From Alphaproteobacteria bacterium (GTDB taxonomy: Bacteria; Pseudomonadota; Alphaproteobacteria; UBA9219), in the NCBI GenBank assembly GCA_028691835.1, contig JAQUYN010000005.1, positions 2,001-66,000 on the forward strand: a stretch of 64,000 nucleotides of DNA. Direction: 5' to 3'. Position 1 is the stretch's first letter; each line of letters opens with the position of its first letter. The notes beneath the pieces are model-generated. The model did not search any database and had not been told where the DNA came from. It was given only the letters and a program-made list of their open reading frames with translations. Below, one piece after another: positions 27,732 to 37,520 of the stretch. Both the position numbers and the translations under genes were made by a program.

Positions 27732-27805
27732 TGGAGCGGGTGAAGGGAATCGAACCCTCATGGCCAGCTTGGAAGGCTGGAGCTTTACCACTAAGCTACA
27801 CCCGC
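27732..27805 (-). tRNA. tRNA-Gly (anticodon UCC)
   Basis: The cloverleaf was read by hand: acceptor GCGGGTG/CACCCGC, anticodon stem CCAGC/GCTGG with loop CTTCCAA, T arm GAGGG-TTCGATT-CCCTT, and an encoded CCA end. Confidence 0.9.
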
Positions 27806-27953
27806 TCATGGGTGATTATTTATCACGTGTCTTGTACGACGACAAGTCGTCGTAGGTGAAGGGATTGATCAAAAACACGCTTAAGGCCTGTTTTTGCCCC
27901 TTCGGGCGCAGTCGCAAGAGCTCCTCGCGTCCAAAACTGCCTTTGCAGTTTTG

Positions 27954-28004
27954 TCGACCCTCATGGCCAGCTGGAAGGCTGGAGCTTTACCACTTGATTG
28001 GGCA
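27954..28004 (-). pseudogene. Decayed tRNA-Gly copy (T-stem remnant, anticodon arm and D arm only)
   Basis: TCGACCCTCATGGCCAGCT-GGAAGGCTGGAGCTTTACCACT is near-identical to 27760-27803 of the intact gene. It has a 1-nt deletion in the anticodon loop and lacks the acceptor 5-prime strand. The upstream box TATCACGTGTxTT..GACGACAAG is also duplicated, at 28010-28036. Confidence 0.65.
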
Positions 28005-28113
28005 ATACCTATCACGTGTGTTTGTGGACGACAAGATATTTACATCCAGTTTAATCCATTGATACCAAGGTTGTTTATGATTAATATCGTGGATAGGTTT
28101 TTAATGTGGAAGG

Positions 28114-29238
28114 ATGCTGTCCATGCGATTCAAGGGCTTGATGATAATCGGAGTTCTTTTGACCAGCTTGCCGTTTGCGGTGGATGCTCGGGTCCTTTTG
28201 CCAGAAGACAATACTTCCCAAGATATTGGGGTGGGTAATCTTGGTCTTGTCCCGCGACAAACGAGTGAACCCAAGACGACAGCACCTAAAGCTGTGCCAG
28301 CGGCCCCAGAGACTCCCCAGACAACAAGCCCCCCCTCTCAAGCCGTCCCTGAGACGAACACCGTTGGATTCGATTCTGTAAACGCAGATGCCATTCAATC
28401 TATCGACATTAGTATCCTCAGAAAAGCTGTGCCTGAACTGTTTAATGATGTGTCTGATAGTGACATTAAAAAACTATTTTCTCCCCAACTATCCACCAGC
28501 CGGAACAAGATCGCCCAAAAATATTTAAAGACCAATCCTCAGACCGGCCAAGTGTATATTGATTTTATGCAAATTCAGAAAGACAAAGCTGCAGAGAACG
28601 CCCCGGCGGCCTTTGTTCCCGGCGGCAAGGTTACGACATCAAAAACAACAGCTGAACAAGATAGAGACACCGCAAACTTATTAGCACAAGGCAAGATGCC
28701 TCAACCCGTTTTCCGTCCACGTAAGTTAAAGTTTATGGAAAAGCCGCCGATGCTTTTGACGAGTAAGGATCTACCGATATATGACAGCGGCATGCTTGAA
28801 CATACGCTCAATGTATCGATATTTAAGGATTATACGTGGGGTGTTAAAGACGCACAAAAGATTACGGATGATCTTGGCTATACAGAAGAGGCGATCCCGA
28901 CAAATTGCCAACTCAGGTTGGATGCCACGTTACATACTGATGATGAAAAAGACCTTTATGGCGCGACGATTATGACCGGGAATACAAAGACAATACCTTA
29001 TAGCGGAGTCCTTAAAACAATTAAAGCCCGCCCCTATGCCGTATGCAATAAACCTGAGGGGACGCTTCCTTTAAGCGGGAGCATTATCTTAAAATATCAC
29101 GACAAATATGCAATTATGCTTTCCGAGGCGAACTGCACGCTTGCATCAAAGGCAAAACAATCGACGGGTAAACCTCCCTCCTCGCTTGTTGTCCAATATT
29201 CCGGTGATTCAAATATAACGTGCACTTTCATGAACTAG
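28114..29238 (+). CDS. Secreted hypothetical protein (374 aa) with Pro/Thr-rich linker
   Basis: It has a signal peptide (MRFKGLMIIGVLLTSLPFAVDA) and a P/T/A-rich segment. The C-terminal ~150 aa contain 4 Cys. No family was recognised. Confidence 0.65.
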   Translation: MLSMRFKGLMIIGVLLTSLPFAVDARVLLPEDNTSQDIGVGNLGLVPRQTSEPKTTAPKAVPAAPETPQTTSPPSQAVPETNTVGFDSVNADAIQSIDISILRKAVPELFNDVSDSDIKKLFSPQLSTSRNKIAQKYLKTNPQTGQVYIDFMQIQKDKAAENAPAAFVPGGKVTTSKTTAEQDRDTANLLAQGKMPQPVFRPRKLKFMEKPPMLLTSKDLPIYDSGMLEHTLNVSIFKDYTWGVKDAQKITDDLGYTEEAIPTNCQLRLDATLHTDDEKDLYGATIMTGNTKTIPYSGVLKTIKARPYAVCNKPEGTLPLSGSIILKYHDKYAIMLSEANCTLASKAKQSTGKPPSSLVVQYSGDSNITCTFMN

Positions 29239-29292
29239 AACAAGTCGCGATGAGGTTGGCTCAAAAAGGCGCCAGCTTTACCGCGATTTACC

Positions 29293-31551
29293 CTAACGAC
29301 TTTTAGCGCGATCTACCGAAATGATGGCTGAGTTAGAACGTAAGGCTGCGATGACATTCATCAAATGCTTCGTATCTTTGACTTCAACGTCAACAAGAAT
29401 GTCAAAGAAATCGAGGGATCTATTTATGATCTTGAGATTTAAAATATTGGCATTCCCTTTGCCAATAATTGTTGTCAGGGCTCCCAGAGAATTGGGCTGA
29501 TTGGTGACAACGATTGTCAAACGTCCTACGAGTCCTGCATTCTCCTTGCCGTGTCCTTCCCCCCATTCGACATCAATCCAACGCTCAGGCATGTCTCGAA
29601 ATGAATCGAGTGTTTCACAATCTTTCGTATGGATGGTGACGCCACGCCCTGTCGAAACGATCCCCACGATTTCATCGCCAGGCAAAGGATGGCAGCACCG
29701 TGCGAAATGCATTGCCATACCGGGAATAAGCCCCTTGAGAGTCAGTGGCGATGATTGAGTCGCCACGCGGTCTTTCATTTTCTTTGCAGCCACCTCGATT
29801 TCTGGCATTGTTTTTTCGGGTTGTTTGGCCTTCGCATCAGGATACGCAGCATAGAAAACGTCACGCGACGAAATCAGTGAAGCCCCGATATTGGCAAACA
29901 AATCTTCGAGTGTTGCGGCTTGATAATTTTTGAAGATCGCCTCGAAAGGCTTTTCACCAAAATCGATGTTTTCTTGCTTGCACAGTTTTTCGAGAATAGC
30001 CTTTCCGAGGGCAACATATTCCGTTCGCTGTTGAATGCGAACAAAGCGCCGGATGCGCGCCCTCGCCTTGCCTGTAACAACAAACCGTTCCCACGCAGGG
30101 GAAGGCGTTCCACTTTTCGATGTGATGATCTCGACTTGATCACCATTATGAAGTTCGGTCCGCAGGGGGACCATGCGCCCATTGACTTTTGATCCAACGC
30201 AAGCATCGCCGACACGACTGTGAACGGCATAGGCAAAATCGACAGGGGTCGCGCCGCGTGGCAGCGTAATAATGTCTCCCTTGGGGGAAAAACAAAAAAC
30301 CTGATCCTGAAACAGCTCAAGCTTGGTGTGTTCAAGGAACTCTTCGGGCTTGGAGGCATGTTCGACAATATCCAAAAGCTCGCGAAGCCAGCGATATTCC
30401 GTGCCACTTGATTGTGCGCTTTGTTTGTAAGCCCAGTGAGCCGCCACACCGAGCTCGGCAATTTCGTGCATTTCATGCGTGCGAATTTGTACTTCGATAC
30501 GTTGACGTTCTGGCCCTATGATTGTCGTGTGGATACTTTGATATTTATTAGGTTTGGGAATGGAAATATAGTCTTTAAAACGTCCGGGAATGCCCGAATA
30601 GCGATTATGAATAACCCCTAGCGCTTGGTAACAACTGCCCACTGAATTGACAAGAATACGAAAAGCCATGATGTCGGAAAGTTGCTCAAAGCCTATATCT
30701 TTGCGAGTCATCTTTCGCCAAATTGAATAGGGGCGTTTTTCGCGGCCCTCGACGGTGGCCACAACGCCCTCTTCCTTCAAAACGTCTTCAAGTGTTTGTC
30801 GGATTTTCTCGGCAAGGCTGCCTCCTTCCGTGCGAAGATAGGTCAGGCGGGCAAGGATGCTGTCTCTTGCATCGGGATTGAGGACAGCAAAGGCAAGATC
30901 TTGAAGCTCGTCTTGCATCTTTTGAATGCCGATTCTCTCGGCAAGAGTCGCATAAATGTCCAGAGTTTCACGCGCAATGCGCATTCGTTTTTCAGGCTTA
31001 GGGATGAAATGAATCGTGCGCATATTGTGCAAACGATCTGCGAGTTTGACAAGAAGGACACGAATATCTGCTGACATCGCCAGCACAAGTTTACGGAAAT
31101 TCTCGGCTTGTTTCGTGGCTTGATCGCTTTGAAGTTGAATCCGAGACAGTTTCGTAACACCGTCAACAAGCTTGGCAACATCGCGCCCAAAGTGCTTTTC
31201 AATATCCTCCAGAGTAACGTGCGTATCTTCGACCGTGTCATGAAGCAGCGCCGTGGCAATCGTCGTGCTGTCCATCTTCATTTCTGTGAGGATACCCGCG
31301 ACCTGAAGGGGATGGGAGAAATAGAGATCGCCAGATGCGCGCATCTGCGCCCCGTGAGCTTGCATTGAAAAGACATACGCCCTGTTGAGTAAGTCTTCAT
31401 CAGCGTTGGGGTCATAAGCTTTGACTCGCTCAACCAGCTCGTACTGGCGCATGAGTGAGGCTGGTTTATGAGGAATAACGACCTCATCGGCAGGTTGAGC
31501 GGATGAGGCCGTTTCTTGTTCGTTGGAGGGGAGTGTTTTTGTGCTTTCCAT
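29293..31551 (-). CDS. spoT: Bifunctional (p)ppGpp synthetase/hydrolase, RelA/SpoT family
   Basis: It has an HD hydrolase domain (HPLQVA, HDTVEDT), a synthetase domain (YQSIHTT), and TGS and ACT domains. Confidence 0.93.
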   Translation of the reverse strand: MESTKTLPSNEQETASSAQPADEVVIPHKPASLMRQYELVERVKAYDPNADEDLLNRAYVFSMQAHGAQMRASGDLYFSHPLQVAGILTEMKMDSTTIATALLHDTVEDTHVTLEDIEKHFGRDVAKLVDGVTKLSRIQLQSDQATKQAENFRKLVLAMSADIRVLLVKLADRLHNMRTIHFIPKPEKRMRIARETLDIYATLAERIGIQKMQDELQDLAFAVLNPDARDSILARLTYLRTEGGSLAEKIRQTLEDVLKEEGVVATVEGREKRPYSIWRKMTRKDIGFEQLSDIMAFRILVNSVGSCYQALGVIHNRYSGIPGRFKDYISIPKPNKYQSIHTTIIGPERQRIEVQIRTHEMHEIAELGVAAHWAYKQSAQSSGTEYRWLRELLDIVEHASKPEEFLEHTKLELFQDQVFCFSPKGDIITLPRGATPVDFAYAVHSRVGDACVGSKVNGRMVPLRTELHNGDQVEIITSKSGTPSPAWERFVVTGKARARIRRFVRIQQRTEYVALGKAILEKLCKQENIDFGEKPFEAIFKNYQAATLEDLFANIGASLISSRDVFYAAYPDAKAKQPEKTMPEIEVAAKKMKDRVATQSSPLTLKGLIPGMAMHFARCCHPLPGDEIVGIVSTGRGVTIHTKDCETLDSFRDMPERWIDVEWGEGHGKENAGLVGRLTIVVTNQPNSLGALTTIIGKGNANILNLKIINRSLDFFDILVDVEVKDTKHLMNVIAALRSNSAIISVDRAKSR

Positions 31552-31650
31552 GTATTATCCTTCGGCAGTCTTGAAGACTAAAGCTTCGTTGCGAAAGGAT
31601 CAGACACAAGCATGCTCTTTTACTTGATAGCAAGAAGGGTTGAGAATCGA

Positions 31651-32082
31651 TCAATCCTTAATTTCAGTTGAGTCTTCAAACGATGATGTGCCGCCAAATT
31701 CGCCTTCAACACTATCGTCGGCGCTTTCGTCGAGATCGTCATCCATATCAAGACCTTCTTCTTCGTCAGAATCGTCAGCCGCCATGGAGTCATGAATCCA
31801 AGATTGTTGCTCGCTATTCATAAGATCCGTAACTTCATCTTCAGGGCGATCCGGCTCAATGCGTTTTTGCAGGCCTTTGACCAGCGACTCGTGCAAGCTG
31901 CCCAAATCCATTTTCTGTTCAGCGATTTCGCGCAAAGCGACAACAGGGTTTTTGTCGCGATCACGTTCGACGCGAAGCTCAGCGCCGGAAGCAAGAGCGC
32001 GTGCGCGGTGCGACGCGAGCAAGACAAGCTCAAAGCGGTTAGGAACAAGAACGACGCAATCTTCAACGGTAACGCGTGCCAT
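31651..32082 (-). CDS. rpoZ: RNA polymerase omega subunit with long acidic C-terminal tail
   Basis: The N-terminus is [28 protein letters not shown]. The start is re-set to the ATG at 32082, which has GAGGA upstream. The tail is D/E-rich. Confidence 0.9.
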   Translation of the reverse strand: MARVTVEDCVVLVPNRFELVLLASHRARALASGAELRVERDRDKNPVVALREIAEQKMDLGSLHESLVKGLQKRIEPDRPEDEVTDLMNSEQQSWIHDSMAADDSDEEEGLDMDDDLDESADDSVEGEFGGTSSFEDSTEIKD

Positions 32083-32449
32083 AGGGGCAATCCTCACAAA
32101 TAAGATTCAAACTGTTCGACTCTCACGACGCCCAATCCCTACCAAATACGATAAAGAACTGACCTCTTTTGGCAAGGCGTCAAAACTCGATGCAAGGAGG
32201 CATAATAGCCTGCCCGTTACACGAATGTAAAGTGTTACGATGTCACATCAGAAACATCTTTGCGCCAGGTTGATACAACGTGTTGCACTGTGGCCTTTTT
32301 TAGCGTAATCCTTCGTTATGTAGAGATTTGTTGAGGTGTTCTGTCGTTGCCTTTTATGGGTAGCACGTATAAAATTACAACTGGACATTATCACTCGACA
32401 CTGTTTTATGTTATGGTTAACAAAGGATTCATATCGTGAAAGGGAACAT

Positions 32450-33091
32450 ATGATTTTTTATAAAGAAGAACGTATGGCGATGTTTATTGACGGCGCCAAC
32501 CTCTATGCAGCCTCTCGCGGTTTAGGATTTGATATTGACTATAAGCGTCTGCTTGAATTGTTCGCGGGACGGGCTCGTCTTGTTCGCGCATTTTATTATA
32601 CAGCGCTTGTTGAAAACGAAGAATATTCTCCGATTCGTCCGCTCGTTGATTGGCTCGACTATAATGGCTATGCCATGGTCACCAAACCGACCAAGGAATT
32701 CACGGATGCTTTTGGTCGCCGTAAAATCAAGGGCAACATGGATATTGAGCTTGCGATTGACGTGATGGAAATGAGCGACAATGTCGATCACATCATGATC
32801 TTCTCTGGCGATGGGGATTTCCGCCGTTTGGTTGAAGCTGTTCAACGTAAGGGTAAGCGCGTCAGTGTCGTTAGCACTATGCGTTCGTCACCTCCCATGG
32901 TTGCTGATGAATTACGCCGTCAGGCCGACAACTTTATCGAGCTGAGCGACTTGATGCCGCATATTGCGCGTGCGCGTGATCCGAATGCACCGCCAATTCA
33001 AACGACTCCACAAGCGGCTCAACCTAGCATGCAGGAAATCGCCGAAAATATGGCTCAGGTTCAAGAAGAAATTTCACAAGAAGTTGCCTAA
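32450..33091 (+). CDS. NYN-domain (LabA/DUF88-like) protein
   Basis: Motifs are MFIDGANLY, DIELAIDVME and IFSGDGDFRRLVEAVQRKG. The start is re-set to the ATG at 32450. It is a typical alphaproteobacterial neighbour of rpoZ. Confidence 0.85.
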   Translation: MIFYKEERMAMFIDGANLYAASRGLGFDIDYKRLLELFAGRARLVRAFYYTALVENEEYSPIRPLVDWLDYNGYAMVTKPTKEFTDAFGRRKIKGNMDIELAIDVMEMSDNVDHIMIFSGDGDFRRLVEAVQRKGKRVSVVSTMRSSPPMVADELRRQADNFIELSDLMPHIARARDPNAPPIQTTPQAAQPSMQEIAENMAQVQEEISQEVA

Positions 33092-33114
33092 TCTGAATCT
33101 GATCCTAACAAAGA

Positions 33115-33143
33115 AAAAGCGGCCTCTCGGGGCCGCTTTTTTT
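33115..33143 (+). terminator. Rho-independent terminator after the NYN gene
   Basis: The stem GCGGCC-TCTCGG-GGCCGC is followed by TTTTTTT. Confidence 0.75.
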
Positions 33144-33272
33144 ATGATATCTACGCCCACGTTTTTTTCAAGAAGGAACAACATAACTATTTATAAAATA
33201 AGAAGAATAATGAAACTAATCAGTTTTCAGGCCATATGTTAGAATATGCCATATTTTTAATGAAGGTTCTTT

Positions 33273-34289
33273 ATGACAAAAAAACATATTGAGATGGACC
33301 CCTTTTCTTGGGGAATGCTGTACAACAAATTTCATCCTGCGCATCCCCATGATGGCCGACGCGTTTTGCCTGTTCGCGTTTCCCTTGATAAAGCCAAGAA
33401 TATTATCGAACACAACACAATTATTGAAAAAGAGCCTGTGAGTGGCTTGTACCACAGAACAATAGACAACCAAGATTCATACGAAACGCTGCACGATGCG
33501 ATGAACTTTTCATTTAGTGTATCGAGCATCGGGATGCACACGATTCTTTGGCCCTGTGGTCAGGCACTTGTTACGGCGATCAAAGAGAAGGTAATTCACG
33601 AAGACTATTTAAAAAATAAACGCGTACTCGGGGTTTCATCCGGCAGCGGTCTCACCGAAATTTATATCGCCAAGAATTGTGGCCCTGATATCGTTGTGGC
33701 TTCAGATCACGACATATTTGCCTGTGCGATGTGTCATCTTAACGCGGAACTCAATGACGTTGTCGTGGGGCGTGACTTAATCATCAGCAATCAAGATCTT
33801 CCTGATCTTGAATATCGTGAGGATTCTGATCTCACATATCGGCTCTATGATACCGTTTTAGCCTCAGACTTCAGATATGGTGTTGGCGGTAGCCAAAGCC
33901 AAGAAACATATTCCCAAGAAATTTTGGGCCATCTTAGATATGCCTCATCGGGGGCCGATGTTTTTATCTCCGAAGTTGAATACGCAAACCTCAATCAATC
34001 TCTCAACCCTGTCATTGCTGAAAAGCATCAGCGATGGGCCAAAGAAGATAACGTCTCGGCACAGACGGTGATCAAGCAATATAGTCTGCCCTTCGTTGCA
34101 CGTGCTATTAAGTTTGGTCTGGAGCCAAGGCATGAGGAAACAATGCTTCCCTATATGCCGATTCAAATCCATCATTGGCCGTCGGATCAACCTCGTCTGA
34201 GATTCCAACGACACCAACAAGAACTCCTTGTTGTTCCGAGCCCACCCATGCTCGGCAATCGCTGGTGGGATCGCCCTCCCTCAGTTTGA
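33273..34289 (+). CDS. Putative class I SAM-dependent methyltransferase (Methyltransf_16 / protein-lysine MTase-like core) with unique N- and C-extensions
   Basis: ILWPCGQAL...KRVLGVSSGSGLTEIYIAKNCGP-DIVVASDHD...NAELN resembles motif I and post-I of seven-beta-strand lysine methyltransferases. The remainder is orphan, and the gene looks AT-richer by eye. Confidence 0.55.
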   Translation: MTKKHIEMDPFSWGMLYNKFHPAHPHDGRRVLPVRVSLDKAKNIIEHNTIIEKEPVSGLYHRTIDNQDSYETLHDAMNFSFSVSSIGMHTILWPCGQALVTAIKEKVIHEDYLKNKRVLGVSSGSGLTEIYIAKNCGPDIVVASDHDIFACAMCHLNAELNDVVVGRDLIISNQDLPDLEYREDSDLTYRLYDTVLASDFRYGVGGSQSQETYSQEILGHLRYASSGADVFISEVEYANLNQSLNPVIAEKHQRWAKEDNVSAQTVIKQYSLPFVARAIKFGLEPRHEETMLPYMPIQIHHWPSDQPRLRFQRHQQELLVVPSPPMLGNRWWDRPPSV

Positions 34290-34296
34290 AGTTCGT

Positions 34297-35292
34297 CTAT
34301 TCGGCATACTTCTTGATATTGCGGTGGACGCGGTCGCGCACGGGCTCGCCTGCCGATGGGATTTCAAAGTTCTTGCCTGAAATCTTTTCGTAGAGATCGA
34401 TATAGCGGCAGCTAAAATCAACAAGCGTATCGTCGGGGATCTCCGGGATAGGCTCGTTATAAGGATCGCAGCGTGACGAAATCCAAAGGCGCAGGAATTC
34501 CTTATCCAGACTATCGGGTTCTTGACCCTGCACCACACGCTCCTCATAAGTTTCAGCCAGCCAATAGCGGCTGCTGTCCGGTGTGTGGATTTCATCGGCA
34601 ATCGTCAGAATGCCGTTTTCATCATAACCAAATTCGTATTTTGTATCGACGAGGATCAAACCATGTTGAGCCGCAATTTCGCGGCCCCGGGCAAACAGGT
34701 CAAGCGCCGCTTTGTTGACCTCATCCATTTGCGCTTGCGTCAATAAACCGCGTTCAACGATTTGTTGGGTTGTTACGGGCAGATCATGATCGCCCATTGC
34801 GCCCTTGGTTGTCGGAGTCAAAACTGTTTGAGGCAATTTCTGATTTTTCTTCATGCCTTCAGGAAGAACGATTCCGTACGGCGAACGGTTGCCAACATGA
34901 TACATCGACCAAATAGATGTTGATGTTGAGCCTGTCAGATAATCACGAACGACGACTTCGACTGGCAGCATCTTAAGCTTCTTGACGACGACAACATTCG
35001 GGTCAGGATATTCAATGACATGGTTGGGAACGATGTCGGCTGTATGTTCGAACCAAAACCGTGCAGCCGCCGTAAGGACTTGTCCCTTGAACGGCACCGC
35101 CGCCATGACTTGATCGAATGCGCTTTGCCGATCCGTCGTAATCATCAAACGACGCCCATCAGACAGATCATAATGGTCGCGGACTTTACCGCGCCCGAAA
35201 TTGGGAAGTTCTGGGAATTCAGCATCAACGAGCACATCATGAAGGCGATTACGAATGATGTTATGAAGGATAGCTTTGTCGGTCATTGGCAA
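34297..35292 (-). CDS. purC: Phosphoribosylaminoimidazole-succinocarboxamide (SAICAR) synthase, long form
   Basis: Motifs GKVRDxY, LxxTDRxSAFD and LVDTKYEFG are present. Confidence 0.9.
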   Translation of the reverse strand: MPMTDKAILHNIIRNRLHDVLVDAEFPELPNFGRGKVRDHYDLSDGRRLMITTDRQSAFDQVMAAVPFKGQVLTAAARFWFEHTADIVPNHVIEYPDPNVVVVKKLKMLPVEVVVRDYLTGSTSTSIWSMYHVGNRSPYGIVLPEGMKKNQKLPQTVLTPTTKGAMGDHDLPVTTQQIVERGLLTQAQMDEVNKAALDLFARGREIAAQHGLILVDTKYEFGYDENGILTIADEIHTPDSSRYWLAETYEERVVQGQEPDSLDKEFLRLWISSRCDPYNEPIPEIPDDTLVDFSCRYIDLYEKISGKNFEIPSAGEPVRDRVHRNIKKYAE

Positions 35293-35307
35293 CGTTCCAT
35301 TTCTTAT

Positions 35308-36984
35308 TTAATCTGATTGTTGTGTGCGCCATTTATCGGAATAACGATTGGTCATAGGATAACGCCGATCTTTGGTCAAATGCTTACGTGTGACTTTTGG
35401 TCCGGGGGGGGCTTGCCGTCTTTTATATTCGGCCCGATCCACCATCGCATAGACTTTTCGAATGATACTGGCATCATGGCCCATCATCGTTGTTTCGGCT
35501 ACGCCCAAATCCTTCTCGATAAGACATTTCAGAATATCATCCAACGTCTCATAAGGGGGAAGTGTGTCTTGATCAGTTTGATTGGGTTTCAACTCTGCCG
35601 AGGGCGGTTTTGTTAAAATGCGTTCGGGGATCGGTGAGCCATCCGGCCCCATGGCTAAAAGGGGCTTGTGCGCGTTTCGCCAATGGGCCAGCTTGTAAAC
35701 TTCGGTTTTGTAAACATCCTTAAGGGGAGCATACCCACCACACATATCGCCGTACAATGTCGCATAACCAACAGCAAGTTCGGATTTATTGCCCGTTGCT
35801 AAAACCATCGCACCGCTTTTATTCGAAATCGCCATAAGGAGCATGCCACGAATACGGGCCTGAATATTCTCTTCCGAAGTATCTGACGGACAGCCCATAA
35901 ATTGGTCGGCCAAAGCCGTATCGAATCCAGTCATCAAATCATCAATTGGTATTGTGTCCAAACGGCATCCAAGATTCCGGGCCATTTGTTCGGCATCATC
36001 CCTAGATTCTTTCGACGTATAGGCTGACGGCATCATCACCGTCATAACTTTGTCCACGCCCAAAGTATCGACGGCCAAGGTCGCCACGAGTGCGCTATCT
36101 ATGCCCCCAGACAATCCCAGCAGCACAGACGTAAATTTATTTTTCGTGACATAGTCGCGCAGCCCCGTCATCAAGGCTTGATAGACCGATTCTTGCGCAA
36201 CAGGCACTTCGCTTAATGGAAGGGGATCAGGACAAAGCGCGCCGTTAAGAGAAGAAAAGGGAACAAAGACGATGTCCTCGCTCCAGGCGCGAGCTTGAAC
36301 GCGAAGTTCACCACGCGGAGAAAGAACAAAGGAGGATCCCTCATAAACGAGTTCATCCTGCCCGCCATATTGGTTGACATAAATAAGGGGAAGCTCAGTT
36401 TGTTGGACACGTTCCAGCGCAACTTCATAACGTTTTTGCTGCCTACCCACTTGAAACGGGCTTCCGTTTAAGGTGATCAAAATCTCGGCACCCTGTCGCT
36501 TTAATTCAGCCGCGATGGATGGTGTCCACATATCCTCGCACAGCATAACCCCTAGCTTGAGGCCTCGCCATTCGATGGGGTGCGGCATGGGGCCCGCCGT
36601 GAAGATGCGCTTATCGTCAAAGGGGCCATAGTTGGGAAGGTCGTGCTTGAAGGTGCGATCAATAATTTTGCCGCCTTCAATAAGAAGCGCGGCATTATAA
36701 ATAGCTCCATTTTCAACCCATGGCGTGCCCAATAGAATGGCGGGACCTGCCGCAGTATCGCGGGCCAAAGCCTCAATACACTCACGGATGACCTTATGGA
36801 TGCGTGGCTTTAAGATAAAATCTTCTGGCGAGTAGCCTGTCATATACATTTCAGACGTTATGACAAGTTTGGCGCCACGCCGTTGAGCCTCTCTCCATGT
36901 TGCTATCAGCTTTGCTGTGTTGCCTGCAATATTCCCCATAATAGGATTTAACTGGGCAAGCGCGGCCAACATTTGCTGTGACAT
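35308..36984 (-). CDS. nadE: Glutamine-dependent NAD+ synthetase
   Basis: An N-terminal CN-hydrolase domain (catalytic CEDMW) precedes a C-terminal PP-loop synthetase (LGLSGGIDSALVA). Confidence 0.92.
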   Translation of the reverse strand: MSQQMLAALAQLNPIMGNIAGNTAKLIATWREAQRRGAKLVITSEMYMTGYSPEDFILKPRIHKVIRECIEALARDTAAGPAILLGTPWVENGAIYNAALLIEGGKIIDRTFKHDLPNYGPFDDKRIFTAGPMPHPIEWRGLKLGVMLCEDMWTPSIAAELKRQGAEILITLNGSPFQVGRQQKRYEVALERVQQTELPLIYVNQYGGQDELVYEGSSFVLSPRGELRVQARAWSEDIVFVPFSSLNGALCPDPLPLSEVPVAQESVYQALMTGLRDYVTKNKFTSVLLGLSGGIDSALVATLAVDTLGVDKVMTVMMPSAYTSKESRDDAEQMARNLGCRLDTIPIDDLMTGFDTALADQFMGCPSDTSEENIQARIRGMLLMAISNKSGAMVLATGNKSELAVGYATLYGDMCGGYAPLKDVYKTEVYKLAHWRNAHKPLLAMGPDGSPIPERILTKPPSAELKPNQTDQDTLPPYETLDDILKCLIEKDLGVAETTMMGHDASIIRKVYAMVDRAEYKRRQAPPGPKVTRKHLTKDRRYPMTNRYSDKWRTQQSD

Positions 36985-37082
36985 TAGAAAGGTTCCCTAA
37001 AGCAGATCCCGTTGAGATTGAAACGAACACGCCTCATCACAATAGGTGAATGCGCTCAGTTTCTTTCCATTATCAGTAAGGC

Positions 37083-37454
37083 TTACTTGGCCGGCATGCG
37101 CGGTTGAGGCCCGATCATGGCGGCGTCGATCTCGGATTGAGTCTTGTCGAGTAGTGCTTTTGCTGATTGCGTGACAAGAATGCCTGTCGCATCAGAATCT
37201 CTTTGTGCTTCTTGGCTGATGCACAGCATATAGTCATGGGCTTCTGCGATGTATTTGTTGCGCTCGGCAATTTGCGCATTCAAATCATTGGCGCGTGCCT
37301 CAGAACCTTTGGCGGCAAGGATAAACGCTTGTGGCGCTGTACATTGCGTTGATTGCCATGCCCCACGCATATCAGCGTAAGTCACGCTTCCTGCAAAAGC
37401 CGACGTTGTAACGGTCGCAAGAAATAATAAGATAAAAAGTGGCGTTAAGCGCAT
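37083..37454 (-). CDS. Periplasmic hypothetical protein (123 aa)
   Basis: It has a signal peptide (MRLTPLFILLFLATVTTSAFA). The start is re-set to the ATG at 37454, which has GGGAGGG upstream. Confidence 0.6.
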   Translation of the reverse strand: MRLTPLFILLFLATVTTSAFAGSVTYADMRGAWQSTQCTAPQAFILAAKGSEARANDLNAQIAERNKYIAEAHDYMLCISQEAQRDSDATGILVTQSAKALLDKTQSEIDAAMIGPQPRMPAK

Positions 37455-37520
37455 TGTAAGGCCCTCCCGTTCATGGAAATTAACTAGATCATAACCTTTC
37501 ATTTTGCATTAGCCAATATC

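Noticed and set aside
29874-30476. 200-aa alternative-frame ORF inside spoT
   Set aside because: It is on the same strand as spoT but out of frame, within the conserved synthetase/TGS region of RelA/SpoT.
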